A DNA stretch of 64,000 nt from Akkermansia muciniphila (GTDB lineage: Bacteria > Verrucomicrobiota > Verrucomicrobiia > Limisphaerales > UBA9464): contig CAMDJH010000003.1 of assembly GCA_945900455.1 (NCBI GenBank), positions 5,006-69,005 of the forward strand, written 5' to 3'. The notes below the pieces were generated by a model. It was not told the DNA's origin, made no database searches, and saw nothing but the letters and a program-made list of their open reading frames with translations. The translations under genes and the position numbers were made by a program. Shown piece by piece: positions 1 through 9,364 of this stretch; position 1 is the stretch's first letter, and every line of letters starts with the position of its first letter.

Positions 1-1442
1 TGACCCAGGGTGCGATGCGTGGGCGGACCCTGTATGTCGTGCCGTACCTGATGGGACCGGCCGGTTCCCCGATGACAAAGGTGGGGGTCGAGCTCACCGA
101 TTCGATCTATGTCGTCCTGAGCATGCGAATCATGGCTCGGATGGGCAAGGTTGCCTGGGAGCACCTCGGGGTTTCCGATGATTTCAGCCGCGGTCTGCAC
201 TGCTTATTGGACGTGCATCCCGACCGGCGTTTCATCTGCCATTTTCCTCAAGATAACAGCGTCATCTCAGTTGGGTCGGGTTATGGCGGCAACGTATTGC
301 TGGGCAAGAAATGCCTCGCGCTTCGATTGGGCTCCTGGTTGGGGCGGGATGAAGGCTGGATGGCGGAACACATGTTGCTCTTGGGAGTGGAGGCTCCGGA
401 TGGACGAAAATCGTTCATCGCCGCGGCGTTTCCCAGCCAATGCGGCAAGACCAATTTCGCCATGATGGTTCCACCCGCCCGGTACGTCGGTTGGCGCATC
501 TGGACGGTGGGTGACGACATTGCCTGGATGCGGCCGGGTCCGGATGGCCGTCTGTGGGCAATCAACCCCGAGGCCGGCTATTTCGGAGTGGCTCCCGGGA
601 CGAACGGGCGGACGAATCCCAACGCGATGCAGCTAATCCAGCGCGACACGATCTTTACGAACGTCGCGCTCAAGCCGGATGGCACGGTCTGGTGGGAAGG
701 GCACGACGATCCCGCGCCGTCGGAGTGTCTCGACTGGCAGGGTCGGCCGTGGACTCCGGCTTCGGGGGAAAAGGCGGCGCATCCGAACTCCCGTTTCACG
801 GCGCCGATGGAAAACAATCCGATGCTGGCACCGGAGGTGACGGATCCCCAAGGAGTGCCGCTGGATGCTATCATCTTCGGCGGGCGGCGGGCGACCACGG
901 TGCCGTTGGTGTTTGAGGCATTCAATTGGAGTCATGGCGTCTTTCTGGGCGCCACGATGGGCAGTGAAACGACCGCGGCGGCGACTGGGCAGGTGGGTCA
1001 GGTGCGCCGCGATCCCATGGCGATGTTGCCATTCTGTGGATATAACATGGGGCGATACTTTCGCCATTGGTTCGACATGCGGAAGAGCATTCCGTTTCCC
1101 CCAAGGATCTTCAATGTGAACTGGTTTCGTCGGGGCGCAGATGGCAAGTTTCTCTGGCCCGGTTTTGGCGACAACATGCGGGTCCTGCAATGGATTCTGG
1201 GCCGTTGCGAGGGGAGCGTCGGCGCGAACGAGGCCGCCCTCGGATGGGTGCCTCGATGGGAGGATTTTGATCTCGGGGATCTCCCGGAGATTGATCGCGC
1301 GCGGTTCGATGAATTGCAGGCCATGAACCCGGACGAATGGAGGCGGGAAATCCTGTCGCACGATGAGCTATTCATGCGCCTGTACCAGCACCTTCCCAAG
1401 GAACTGATTTTTCAGCGTGAGTTGTTGGTGGCGCGTTTGTGA
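1..1442 (+). CDS. pckG: Phosphoenolpyruvate carboxykinase (GTP); 5' end lies outside the window
   Basis: The frame is open from base 3 (TQGA precedes the Met at 15), with stop TGA at 1440-1442. GTP-PEPCK hallmarks are present: '[16 protein letters not shown]', the kinase-1a loop '[13 protein letters not shown]', and '[31 protein letters not shown]'. Roughly the first 130 residues of a ~600-aa enzyme are missing (family length from memory). Confidence 0.9.
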   Translation, partial: TQGAMRGRTLYVVPYLMGPAGSPMTKVGVELTDSIYVVLSMRIMARMGKVAWEHLGVSDDFSRGLHCLLDVHPDRRFICHFPQDNSVISVGSGYGGNVLLGKKCLALRLGSWLGRDEGWMAEHMLLLGVEAPDGRKSFIAAAFPSQCGKTNFAMMVPPARYVGWRIWTVGDDIAWMRPGPDGRLWAINPEAGYFGVAPGTNGRTNPNAMQLIQRDTIFTNVALKPDGTVWWEGHDDPAPSECLDWQGRPWTPASGEKAAHPNSRFTAPMENNPMLAPEVTDPQGVPLDAIIFGGRRATTVPLVFEAFNWSHGVFLGATMGSETTAAATGQVGQVRRDPMAMLPFCGYNMGRYFRHWFDMRKSIPFPPRIFNVNWFRRGADGKFLWPGFGDNMRVLQWILGRCEGSVGANEAALGWVPRWEDFDLGDLPEIDRARFDELQAMNPDEWRREILSHDELFMRLYQHLPKELIFQRELLVARL

Positions 1443-1502
1443 GGGGGATACCGCCGACATTTGTTGTTCCGCTCCGCGCTGGACCGAGGCATCGTCTTCG
1501 AC

Positions 1503-3773
1503 ATGTCCCCGGCTCAAAAGACAGCGGTCGCACCCTTTATCCCTCCGGAGTCAACGCTGCGCGAGTTTACGCCCCGTGCGATCCTGGTGGGGACGCTGCT
1601 CGGAATGATCTTCGGAGCGTCGTCGGTCTTCCTGACGCTGAAAGTCGGCTTGACGGTCAGCGCCAGTATTCCGGTCGCGGTGATTTCGATGACCCTGTTC
1701 CGGCTGTGGTCGAAGTTTGGAGGCTGGTTCGGAGCCCGGGATGCAACGATCCTGGAACATAACATTGCGCAGACGGCGGGTTCTGCGGGGGAATCTCTGG
1801 CATTTGGCATTGGCGTGACGATGCCGGCGATCCTGATCCTTGGGTTTGATCTGGAATGGACGCGGACTCTGCTCGTCGCGGTGCTGGGCGGCTTGCTGGG
1901 GATCCTTCTGATGATTCCATTGCGGCGGGCTCTGATCGTTCAACAGCATGGCGTGCTAAAATATCCCGAAGGCACGGCGTGCGCTGAAGTGCTCAAGGCG
2001 GGTGCCAATGCGGAATCCTGCGCCGCCGCTCACGCGTCGTTCCGCTCCGGCCGATCCGTCGCCGGGGTGAGTGCCGGAGCTGTCTTTGCCGGATTTGGGA
2101 TTGGTCTCATCTATAACACGCTTTGCCGGGCCTTGAAGTTGTGGAAAGACACCGTGGCTCACGTCTTCGGCGCCCCTCTCGCCACCGGATCGCTCGCAGC
2201 CGAAATATCGCCAGAGATGCTGGGAGTGGGCTATATCATCGGTCCCAAGATCGGGGGGGTGATGGCAGCGGGCGGCGTCCTTAGCTATCTCGTATTGGTG
2301 CCAATGATCCGATTCTTTGGAGCGGGATTGGCCGAACCGTTGTCTCCGGGAATCAAGCTAATCCGGGACATGGGAGTCCGGGAAATCCGCGATAGTTACA
2401 TTCTTTATATCGGAGCGGGTGCGGTGGCGGCGGGCGGATTGGTCAGCCTGGGCCGCTCCCTGCCCACAATCTGGCGAGGAATCCGTGGCGGACTGGCGGA
2501 TCTCACGGAAACCAGGGCCGGTCCGTTCACGAGTCTCCGCACGGAGCGGGATCTCTCCCTCAAGTTTGTGGGAATCGGCATCCTCGGACTCTTGGTCGCG
2601 ATCCTTTCGGCGAGCCCGCTGCAAATGAACCTGCCGGGTGCGTTGCTAATTCTGCTGTTTGGATCCCTCTTTGTGACGGTGTCCTCACGCTTGACCGGTG
2701 AAATCGGCTCGTCCTCGAACCCGATATCCGGAATGACGATCGCAACACTGCTTTTTACCTGCCTGATTTTCCGGCTCGTGGGTTGGTCGGGGAGTGGCTA
2801 TTTCGTCACCGCGCTGTCGGTCGGAGCGATTGTCTGCATCGCATCATCGAATGGTGGAACGACATCCCAGGACCTGAAGACTGGATTCCTGCTGGGAGGC
2901 ACTCCCCGCGCTCAACAGTTGGCGATCCTGATCGGAGCTGCTGCATCAGCCTTGGTGCTCGGTCCGGTGTTGCTGACACTAAACCGGGACGCGACAACGT
3001 ATGTCCGCGCAGCGGAGGTGGCACCCGATCTTCGGGTGACGGCCGAAAAACTAGCGGGAGCACCGCGGGAGAAGCTGACGGGTCCGCAGGCAAGATCGGA
3101 TCCCGGCGTCTATCGAGTATGGCACGAGCCGGATCGGGCGGGAGGGGCGGCCAGGAAGTTTCTAATGGATGACGCGGGGCGCGCCGTCTGGTTGGTGGAT
3201 CCAGGAATCAATGGCCAGTATCCGAAGGTTGCGGGCGGTCACGAGGTAAAGAAGCTGGATGCACCCAAAGCCATTCTGGTGAGTTATATCATCAAGGGAA
3301 TCTTGGGCGGCAAACTCCCGTGGGCCCTGGTGTTGTTTGGCGCCATGGTGACGTTGATGCTCGAACTTTGCGGCATCGGCTCGCTCGCCTTCGCCGTCGG
3401 TGTCTACCTGCCATTTGCGGTTTCACTCCCGATTTTCGTTGGCGGCTTGGTCCGATGGCTGGTCGATCGCCAGGAGAAGCCCGCCCGCATGCGGGCGGGG
3501 TGGTCGGAGGAGGAAATGACGGCGGAAAGCGATCGCAGCCCTGGGGTCTTGATGGCGTCTGGATACATCGCTGGAGGCAGCATCGCCGGCATTGTCGTCG
3601 CCTTCATGTCCGCGAGGATGGGCAATGTGGACGACGCTCTCACCCAGTGGGCGACCCGGGCAAACCCGTTTTTCGAAGGGGGCGGTTCGGACGCCCTGAG
3701 TCTGATTCCCTATGCCTTATTGATCTTGCTCTTGTGGCTGGCTGCTCGCGGAAAGATTTTCCAGCGGAGTTAA
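1503..3773 (+). CDS. OPT-family oligopeptide transporter (polytopic membrane protein)
   Basis: ORF 1461-3773, with the first ATG at 1503 (MSPAQK...). It has many hydrophobic segments. 'REFTPRAILVGTLLGMIFGASSVFLTLKVGLTVSASIPVAVISM' and 'ILEHNIAQTAGSAGESLAFG' match the conserved opening of bacterial OPT-superfamily transporters. Confidence 0.75.
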   Translation: MSPAQKTAVAPFIPPESTLREFTPRAILVGTLLGMIFGASSVFLTLKVGLTVSASIPVAVISMTLFRLWSKFGGWFGARDATILEHNIAQTAGSAGESLAFGIGVTMPAILILGFDLEWTRTLLVAVLGGLLGILLMIPLRRALIVQQHGVLKYPEGTACAEVLKAGANAESCAAAHASFRSGRSVAGVSAGAVFAGFGIGLIYNTLCRALKLWKDTVAHVFGAPLATGSLAAEISPEMLGVGYIIGPKIGGVMAAGGVLSYLVLVPMIRFFGAGLAEPLSPGIKLIRDMGVREIRDSYILYIGAGAVAAGGLVSLGRSLPTIWRGIRGGLADLTETRAGPFTSLRTERDLSLKFVGIGILGLLVAILSASPLQMNLPGALLILLFGSLFVTVSSRLTGEIGSSSNPISGMTIATLLFTCLIFRLVGWSGSGYFVTALSVGAIVCIASSNGGTTSQDLKTGFLLGGTPRAQQLAILIGAAASALVLGPVLLTLNRDATTYVRAAEVAPDLRVTAEKLAGAPREKLTGPQARSDPGVYRVWHEPDRAGGAARKFLMDDAGRAVWLVDPGINGQYPKVAGGHEVKKLDAPKAILVSYIIKGILGGKLPWALVLFGAMVTLMLELCGIGSLAFAVGVYLPFAVSLPIFVGGLVRWLVDRQEKPARMRAGWSEEEMTAESDRSPGVLMASGYIAGGSIAGIVVAFMSARMGNVDDALTQWATRANPFFEGGGSDALSLIPYALLILLLWLAARGKIFQRS

Positions 3774-3845
3774 CAATACTGGCGGCGATAGCCCTGGAGT
3801 TTGGCCATATTTTCACGTTTGTCCCCGAGGGACGATCGACATAAG

Positions 3846-3865
3846 CCCGGCGTTTCAACGCCGGG
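3846..3865 (+). terminator. GC-rich hairpin downstream of the OPT gene (possible terminator)
   Basis: cccggcg-tttcaa-cgccggg forms a perfect 7-bp stem with a 6-nt loop, 73 nt after the OPT stop. No T-run follows, so the call is weak. Confidence 0.2.
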
Positions 3866-3953
3866 TCCGAAGATTGACCTTTCTGGATCCGAGCGGCTCG
3901 CCCTCGAAAAAGGGCTTTTAAAACCCCGGGTCCAGGCAGATGCTCCGTCATCC

Positions 3954-4490
3954 ATGAAATCATCTTTTGTCATCCTTGCCTTGGTGCTTTGTCTCGTCGA
4001 ACCCCGACTCTCTGCCCAGGAATCTCCGGCGAAACCTGGACCCGAAATTAAGAAACTCTCGCTTTTTGTCGGGAGCTGGAAACTAAACGAGGTGGACGAA
4101 GCCTCTCCGTTCGGGCCCGCTGGCGCGGCTACATTCGACACGGAAATTCAGTTTGTTCACAATGGATTGTTTGTCGAGGAACGTGGCACGGGTAGACTCG
4201 CCGGCCAGCCCAACAGCTACACGATTGTGTACCACTACGATTCGGAAGCTCACACCTACCGCAGTTTCTTTTACGACAGCAACGGCAGTGCAATGCATGC
4301 CGAGGGCACGCTCGAAGGAAATACCTGGCGGTCGCATTGGAGCCAGATCGTGCATGGAAAGAGCTACAAATTCAAATCCTCGTCGATCTTTTCGTCCGAC
4401 GGGAAGACGTTTACGTATGTTTGGTCGTATTCGGAGGATGGGGCGACCTGGAAGCCATGGATCCAGGGCAAAGCAGTGAAAGTTAGATAG
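3954..4490 (+). CDS. Small secreted protein, DUF1579-like
   Basis: The ATG at 3954 gives 'MKSSFVILALVLCLVEPRLSAQE', a Sec-type signal peptide. The mature part 'PEIKKLSLFVGSWKL...' resembles the opening of DUF1579-family proteins (from memory). The portion of ORF 3801-4490 upstream of 3954 looks non-coding. Confidence 0.5.
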   Translation: MKSSFVILALVLCLVEPRLSAQESPAKPGPEIKKLSLFVGSWKLNEVDEASPFGPAGAATFDTEIQFVHNGLFVEERGTGRLAGQPNSYTIVYHYDSEAHTYRSFFYDSNGSAMHAEGTLEGNTWRSHWSQIVHGKSYKFKSSSIFSSDGKTFTYVWSYSEDGATWKPWIQGKAVKVR

Positions 4491-4719
4491 CTCGGATCGA
4501 AGGAGCTGAACTACCGTCACCGAATGGGGCAAAACGCTGTGCATGGTATCGCAGCAATTCTCACTATGCCTTTTCACCTCCCGGCATTCCTATCAGATCC
4601 ATAATGAGAACGGCTGCTCCGCAGCCTAATGGCAGTCAATGTTCTCTTCACAAATCACGACGAATCCGTGCTTTGGAACTTAAAATCTCCAACAACTTCG
4701 GGATGCGCCCCCGTTCGAC

Positions 4720-4913
4720 AGGACGCGCCCATTGATGGGAGATTGGCATTTAGAAAAGCCGCGGAGCGGCGGCAGACCGTAGCCCACGGCGCGAGCCGTG
4801 GGGATGATAACGGAAGTTACGCACCGCGCACGGCGGCCGTGAACGCCGCGCCGCTCTCATCGTTGCCAAATCCCCTCCGCTTCTTGACTTACAAAAATGG
4901 AAGGGCGCGTCCT
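4720..4913. repeat. MITE-like 194-bp element bounded by an 11-bp inverted repeat, with an internal perfect hairpin
   Basis: aggacgcgccc (4720-4730) is the reverse complement of gggcgcgtcct (4903-4913). An internal hairpin cccacggc-gcga-gccgtggg lies at 4783-4802. The right ~100 nt (4812-4913) recur at 5975-6075. No target-site duplication was seen. Confidence 0.4.
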
Positions 4914-4932
4914 AGAGCGGCGATCGCCGTCG

Positions 4933-5631
4933 CTATTTTGCCTTTTCAATCTCAAGCAATTCGACATCAAAGATCAGTGTGCTGTTAGGACCGATTTTTC
5001 CGCCAGGCCCTTGTTCACCGTAGGCTAGGGTCGAGGGAATCGCTAACTGCCACTTGTCACCGGCTTTCATCAACTGCAGGGCTTCGGTCCATCCGGGAAT
5101 TACGCCGGAGACGGGGAAAGTGACCGGTTCACCCCGGTCGACGGAACTGTCGAATACGGAGCCGTCTACCAGCGTGCCATGGTAGTGAACCTTCACCGTG
5201 TCCGTTGTGGTGGGAGATTTCCCGGCCCCGGACTTGATCACCTTGTACTGCAAGCCGCTCGGGGTGGTTTTTACGCCAGCCTTCTTACCGTTCGCGGCCA
5301 AGTATTCGCTGCCTTTCTTGAGATTCTCCACGCCGGCCAGCTTGGCCTTGGCTTCCATTTTTGCGGAGAGGGAGGTCTTGAATTCGTTGAGCGTGTCCCG
5401 GATTTCCGCGTCCGTTAATGCCATTTTTCCAGCAAAGGCATCGGCCAATCCGGCGGCCAACGCCGTCGAGTCCAAGTCCAACTCTTGGCGCTTGAGGCTC
5501 GACCCGATGTCGGTGCCGACGCAGTAACTGGCCCGCAGCCGGGGATCTTTCAAGTCAGGCTTGTCCGCGGCGAGGACGGTCCCGGATAAGGTTGCGGCCA
5601 TGAGAATCGAAGTAATCAGCGATTTGGACAT
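4933..5631 (-). CDS. FKBP-type peptidyl-prolyl cis-trans isomerase (FkpA/Mip-like), secreted
   Basis: The ATG at 5631 gives 'MSKSLITSILMAATLSGTVLAADKP', a signal peptide. The C-terminal FKBP domain reads 'VKVHYHGTLVDGSVFDSSVDRGEPVTFPVSGVIPGWTEALQLMKAGDKWQLAIPSTLAYGEQG'. The upstream part of ORF 4933-5898 is not needed. Confidence 0.9.
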   Translation of the reverse strand: MSKSLITSILMAATLSGTVLAADKPDLKDPRLRASYCVGTDIGSSLKRQELDLDSTALAAGLADAFAGKMALTDAEIRDTLNEFKTSLSAKMEAKAKLAGVENLKKGSEYLAANGKKAGVKTTPSGLQYKVIKSGAGKSPTTTDTVKVHYHGTLVDGSVFDSSVDRGEPVTFPVSGVIPGWTEALQLMKAGDKWQLAIPSTLAYGEQGPGGKIGPNSTLIFDVELLEIEKAK

Positions 5632-5974
5632 GAATTCAGGGACAGGACGGAACAATTCCGCCTTGACGGCGGGCACGCTCGGACAACGAACCTTCGCGGT
5701 CAAGCGAACGCGTCGAAAAACCAGTGATTCCCCTTTTTTTGAAAAGTGACGACAAAACCTCCCGAATACTCGGAAGGACCCGTCCACGGCTTCGAAATTG
5801 GTACTAAAGTCGACGGGAAAAAACGATGGTTCGGATCGATGCCGTTGTCCGGTTGTCTCACGCGTTGCCCGACAATAATATCGGTTAACTGATTGCACAC
5901 CATATTTTTACGACTCATAAAATAATCCGGACCCCAGAATGGAAGACCCCAAGCAAGCTCCAAAATATTCCAAC

Positions 5975-6075
5975 GGCAATTCCGCACCGTGCTCGGCGAG
6001 AGAGAACGCCTCGAAGCTCTCAACTTTGCCGAATCCCCTCCGCATCTCGATTTGCGAAAATGTCAGGGTCATCCT
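5975..6075 (+). repeat. Partial (right-half) copy of the 4720-4913 element
   Basis: By-eye alignment of 4812-4913 with 5975-6075 gives about 75-80% identity, including the identical core 'aatcccctccgc'. Both copies are in the same orientation and bracket the FKBP gene. Confidence 0.45.
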
Positions 6076-6642
6076 GGATGAACGGTGCCAAGATCGATTT
6101 TTTCTTGGCACATCATCAATGGACGCCTGTATGCGTACAATGGATCGGTGCAAATCTACCAGTGTCCCGCAGACACTCTGGGAATTGGAGTTGGAGCCGC
6201 CCGAAAGGGGACGCGGGTAAGAAGTTTTTCGATGACAGGTATGATGGGACTGAATAGCGACGGGGCACTCTTTGTGCACCCGAACAACCGTGAGAACAAA
6301 AAAGACTCCGATATCGTGGAGCCGGGCCCGTCGCAAGCCATGGTCTTCATCGACGAGAATTCGGATCCCAAACCTGAAGAATGCAGCGTCGACGATGGAT
6401 ATTTTGCGGTGAACGTGGGAGACAGCAAGACGCAGTGGCAGAATACGCCCGCGAGCCGGCATGGAAATGGCGGCATCTTCTCATTTGCGGATGGTCACAG
6501 CGAGTTGTGGCGTTGGCGCGAGGGAACTACCCAACGGCTCAAGGGCGTCTCGAAGACCACGCCGGCGGGTCTGAAGGACAAAGACCTTATACGCATGAAA
6601 GAGGCCAACTATCCGGAGAGGATCATGATTGGGAATCGGTGA
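6060..6642 (+). pseudogene. Truncated, frameshifted pseudopilin-like H-X9-DG gene (C-terminal ~190 aa only)
   Basis: 'INGRLYAYNGSVQIYQCPAD', 'VRSFSMTGMMGLNSD', 'QAMVFIDENSD' and '[21 protein letters not shown]' (H-X9-DG) align with the intact paralogs at 50325 and 52741. The prepilin leader and hydrophobic helix are absent. 'SSWMNGA' (cf. 'NSWIPGAN') sits in another frame just upstream, which implies a frameshift near 6100. Confidence 0.7.
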
Positions 6643-7245
6643 TGCACAACGGGGAGTGTGCTTGCCCTGACTGTTACCGCTGCCACCGCCCAAGTCCCGG
6701 ACAATCTCGTTGTCCAAGGTATTCCTGCGCACACGGCCGACCTGAGGGCTCGTACCGGGCGTTACCTGGAGTTCCGCACCGCATCTTTCCAGGGTTGGCA
6801 CCCGACCCGGCGGGAAATGCTCATCGTTACCCGCTTTGCGGACACCGCGCAGTTGCACCGCGTGCAACAGCCCGGTGGCGCACGCCGGCAATTGACCTTT
6901 TTTACAGAACCCGTCGCGGGCGGCAGATTTCAGCCGCGCCAGGGCAAATACATTGTTTTTTCTCAAGACTCCGGCGGTGGTGAGTTTTTCCAATTGCACC
7001 GCTACGACGTCGCGGAGGGCCGGGTAACCCAGTTGACCGACGGCAAGTCCCGGAACACCGGTGCTCGCTGGTCCCACTCCGGCGGACGAATCGCCTGGAG
7101 CAGCACTCGCCGCACCGGACGCGATACGGACATCTGGGTCATGGATCCCGAGAAACCGGCGGAGGCAAAACTTCTCATCGAACGTCAAGGCGGTGGTTGG
7201 CAGGTGAGTGACTGGTCGGAGGACGAATCGATAGAAGAGTCCTGA
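6643..7245 (+). pseudogene. N-terminal fragment of an S9-family (prolyl oligopeptidase-type) peptidase
   Basis: 'VPDNLVVQGIPAHTADLRARTGRYLEFRTASFQGWHP...RFADTAQLHRVQQPGGARRQLTFFTEPV...QLTDGKSRNTGARWSHSGGRIAWSS' matches the propeller-side N-terminus of S9 peptidases. There is no start codon or full signal peptide, and the ORF stops after ~195 aa, so the catalytic domain is missing. Confidence 0.65.
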
Positions 7246-7342
7246 GTTGAGACGTTTGATCAAGGTCGGAGTGCTCGCATTCCCATTGCAGTTTCCTTCG
7301 ACAACGGGCACAACCGCCGTCCGCTAATTCTTACCGAAATCG

Positions 7343-8032
7343 ATGAAGTCAAAAAACCTGACCGACGCGCAATTTCTGGACCTGCTCCAGAAAGTGCTGC
7401 CCACGGTGACCCGCGACACCCATCTCGCCGCCGCCATCTATGAGCAAGTGGCCAAAGAGGTCCGTCTGATCAACAGTCTGAAATCCTTCGAGAAATCGTG
7501 CGCCGAAGGGTCCTTGCCCGATGTGGAACCGGCCACCGTTGCGCGATATGAAAGCGAGCTTGCCGAGCGGTTTGGCGCGGAGAATGTCGTGGTCACGCCG
7601 ACGGAAAAAGGCGACGCCGTGGCGGTGGAGATCGCGCTGACGGACGATCGAAAGATTACCAACCGTATCAAGGTCCTGCCACCCGGTGAGGTTGAGGAGG
7701 AGGAAATCAAGACTCCGTTCGTGCCGTTTCCGGTGTCCCTGCCGGAGGATCCCGACTTGCTTTGGGTGTTGGCCCGCCGCGAAGACCTCGGACCGGACGA
7801 GGCAGCCCGGGCGCTGGCCAAGATTGAGGAGGAGTTCTGGGAAACCAAGGCTGGCCAGAAACTATTGCGGGACCGGGTGGAAAAGACGTTTGCCGAATTC
7901 GTCGCCCGGGTTCCGGCTGCGGCGCTCGCCGACAGCGGCCTCAAGCGTCACTATAAGGCGCCGGAACCCCGCAAGACCCTGCGCCGTTACGTGCCCGGCG
8001 CGCCGGTGGACTTGGCGGCTATTAGCACATAG
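7343..8032 (+). CDS. Hypothetical acidic cytoplasmic protein (no family recognised)
   Basis: 229-codon ATG ORF with GC-rich third positions. It has no signal peptide or TM segment and is rich in Glu/Ala/Leu ('EVEEEEIKTPFVPFPVSLPEDPDLLWVLARRE'). The antisense ORF 7438-7944 is Ser/Ala/Arg-rich junk. Confidence 0.55.
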   Translation: MKSKNLTDAQFLDLLQKVLPTVTRDTHLAAAIYEQVAKEVRLINSLKSFEKSCAEGSLPDVEPATVARYESELAERFGAENVVVTPTEKGDAVAVEIALTDDRKITNRIKVLPPGEVEEEEIKTPFVPFPVSLPEDPDLLWVLARREDLGPDEAARALAKIEEEFWETKAGQKLLRDRVEKTFAEFVARVPAAALADSGLKRHYKAPEPRKTLRRYVPGAPVDLAAIST

Positions 8033-8068
8033 CAGTTTGGTGCTGTGTTGAAAACGTAAAGGCTTCCG

Positions 8069-9364
8069 ATGCTTCTCGAACCAAGACCCTTCAGTGACGT
8101 CAAACCCACTCGTGGCGGGCCTAAAATAAAGGAAGTCCGCGCCCTTGTCTCCCGAGCCGATGGATACGGTGCCAGCGACGTCCATGACACTCCCGAGACC
8201 CATTGGATTCTGGGACAAACCGCTGCCGACGGAAGCTGGGATCATGAGAAGACGCATCCGCCAATCACCAACCCGATGTCCCGATTCCCGAAGTACTCGG
8301 GGTCGAGGAAGTCCTGGGGAGTCGCCAATGTTCCTTCGGTTATTGTTGAAATCGAAGATGAAAACGGTCTCGTCGGGATTGGCCTCAGCACCGGTGGAGA
8401 GGCGGCGGCCTTCCTCATCGAGCGACACCTGGCTCTCTTTGTCGAGGGGCAGACGGCCAGCGACCGATCTCATATTTGGGACCAAATGTTCCGGGCCTCG
8501 ATCCACTACGGCCGAAAAGGATTGGCCCTGCACGCCATCAGCGCGATCGATCTTGCGTTGTGGGATCTATATGGAAAAACGCTCAATGAGCCGGTCTACA
8601 ATCTAATGGGTGGCAGAACCAAGGAACGTATTCCGGTCTATGCAACAACATCTCGGCCCGACCTGGCGAAAGACCTTGGGTTTCATGGAGCCAAGATTCC
8701 GCTTCCCTATGGGCCGTCCGCCGGCCACGCAGGCATGAAATCCAACGTTGCGTTTATTGAAGGTTGGAGGAAGACCGTTGGGCCCGATTTTCCCCTGATG
8801 CTGGATTGCTACATGGCCCTGGATGTTGAATATACGGCCGACCTCGCCCAGCGACTAAAACCATACGACCTGACATGGATTGAAGAGCCCCTAATGCCGG
8901 ATGACTACGCGGGTCATGCGAAGTTGGGACGGAGGTTTGAAAGCATGAGCGGGTGCGCCACCTTCGCCACGGGCGAACACGAGTACACTCAATTCGGATA
9001 CCAGCAGCTGATCGATGCGGGGGTCCAGTTGTTGCAGCCAGATGTCATGTGGATGGGAGGCCCGACCGAGTTTTCAAAAATCGTAGCTCTCGCCAGTGCC
9101 CAATCGGTGGCGCTTGTACCTCACGGTTGCGGGGTTTACGGCTACTACATGGCGATGGCCTATGATCACATCCGATTGGCCGAGTTCATGATGATGAGCG
9201 AAAGGGGTGATCAAATTGAGGCGAACTTTGGCAAGATGTTCCAAAACGAGCCCCTGCCGGAGCAAGGCTACATCGAGCTCCCAACGACACCCGGTTTCGG
9301 ACTCGAACTCAACCGCACTGAGATCAACCTGATCCGGCCCTACGATAGAAGAGGAATCCGATGA
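8069..9364 (+). CDS. rhmD: Enolase-superfamily dehydratase, L-rhamnonate dehydratase-like
   Basis: Colinear similarity to E. coli RhmD/YfaW as I recall it: 'PKIKEVRA', 'AISAIDLALWDLYGK', 'YATTSRPDLAKDLGFHGAKIP', 'GPDFPLMLDCYMALDVEY', 'LTWIEEPLMPDDY', 'LQPDVMWMGG', 'PGFGLELNR'. Substrate specificity is inferred only. Confidence 0.8.
   Translation: MLLEPRPFSDVKPTRGGPKIKEVRALVSRADGYGASDVHDTPETHWILGQTAADGSWDHEKTHPPITNPMSRFPKYSGSRKSWGVANVPSVIVEIEDENGLVGIGLSTGGEAAAFLIERHLALFVEGQTASDRSHIWDQMFRASIHYGRKGLALHAISAIDLALWDLYGKTLNEPVYNLMGGRTKERIPVYATTSRPDLAKDLGFHGAKIPLPYGPSAGHAGMKSNVAFIEGWRKTVGPDFPLMLDCYMALDVEYTADLAQRLKPYDLTWIEEPLMPDDYAGHAKLGRRFESMSGCATFATGEHEYTQFGYQQLIDAGVQLLQPDVMWMGGPTEFSKIVALASAQSVALVPHGCGVYGYYMAMAYDHIRLAEFMMMSERGDQIEANFGKMFQNEPLPEQGYIELPTTPGFGLELNRTEINLIRPYDRRGIR

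Noticed and set aside
4629-4988. 119-aa ORF spanning the MITE-like repeat (also 5939-6220, 93 aa, over the second copy)
   Set aside because: These are translations of the repeat ('...LSSLPNPLRFLTYKN' / '...LSTLPNPLRISICEN') with no start context. They overlap the 3' end of the FKBP gene or the pseudogene.
6640-6642. In-frame TGA between the pseudopilin fragment and the S9-peptidase fragment as a selenocysteine or programmed read-through site
   Set aside because: The two halves belong to unrelated families and each is truncated at the junction. I saw no SECIS-like hairpin immediately downstream. Sharing a frame has a 1-in-3 chance.
6481-7311. 276-aa minus-strand ORF (and 5908-6462, 184 aa) across the decay zone
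   Set aside because: The plus strand shows clear family-level similarity (H-X9-DG, S9 peptidase). The minus-strand products have no motifs and an antisense-like composition.
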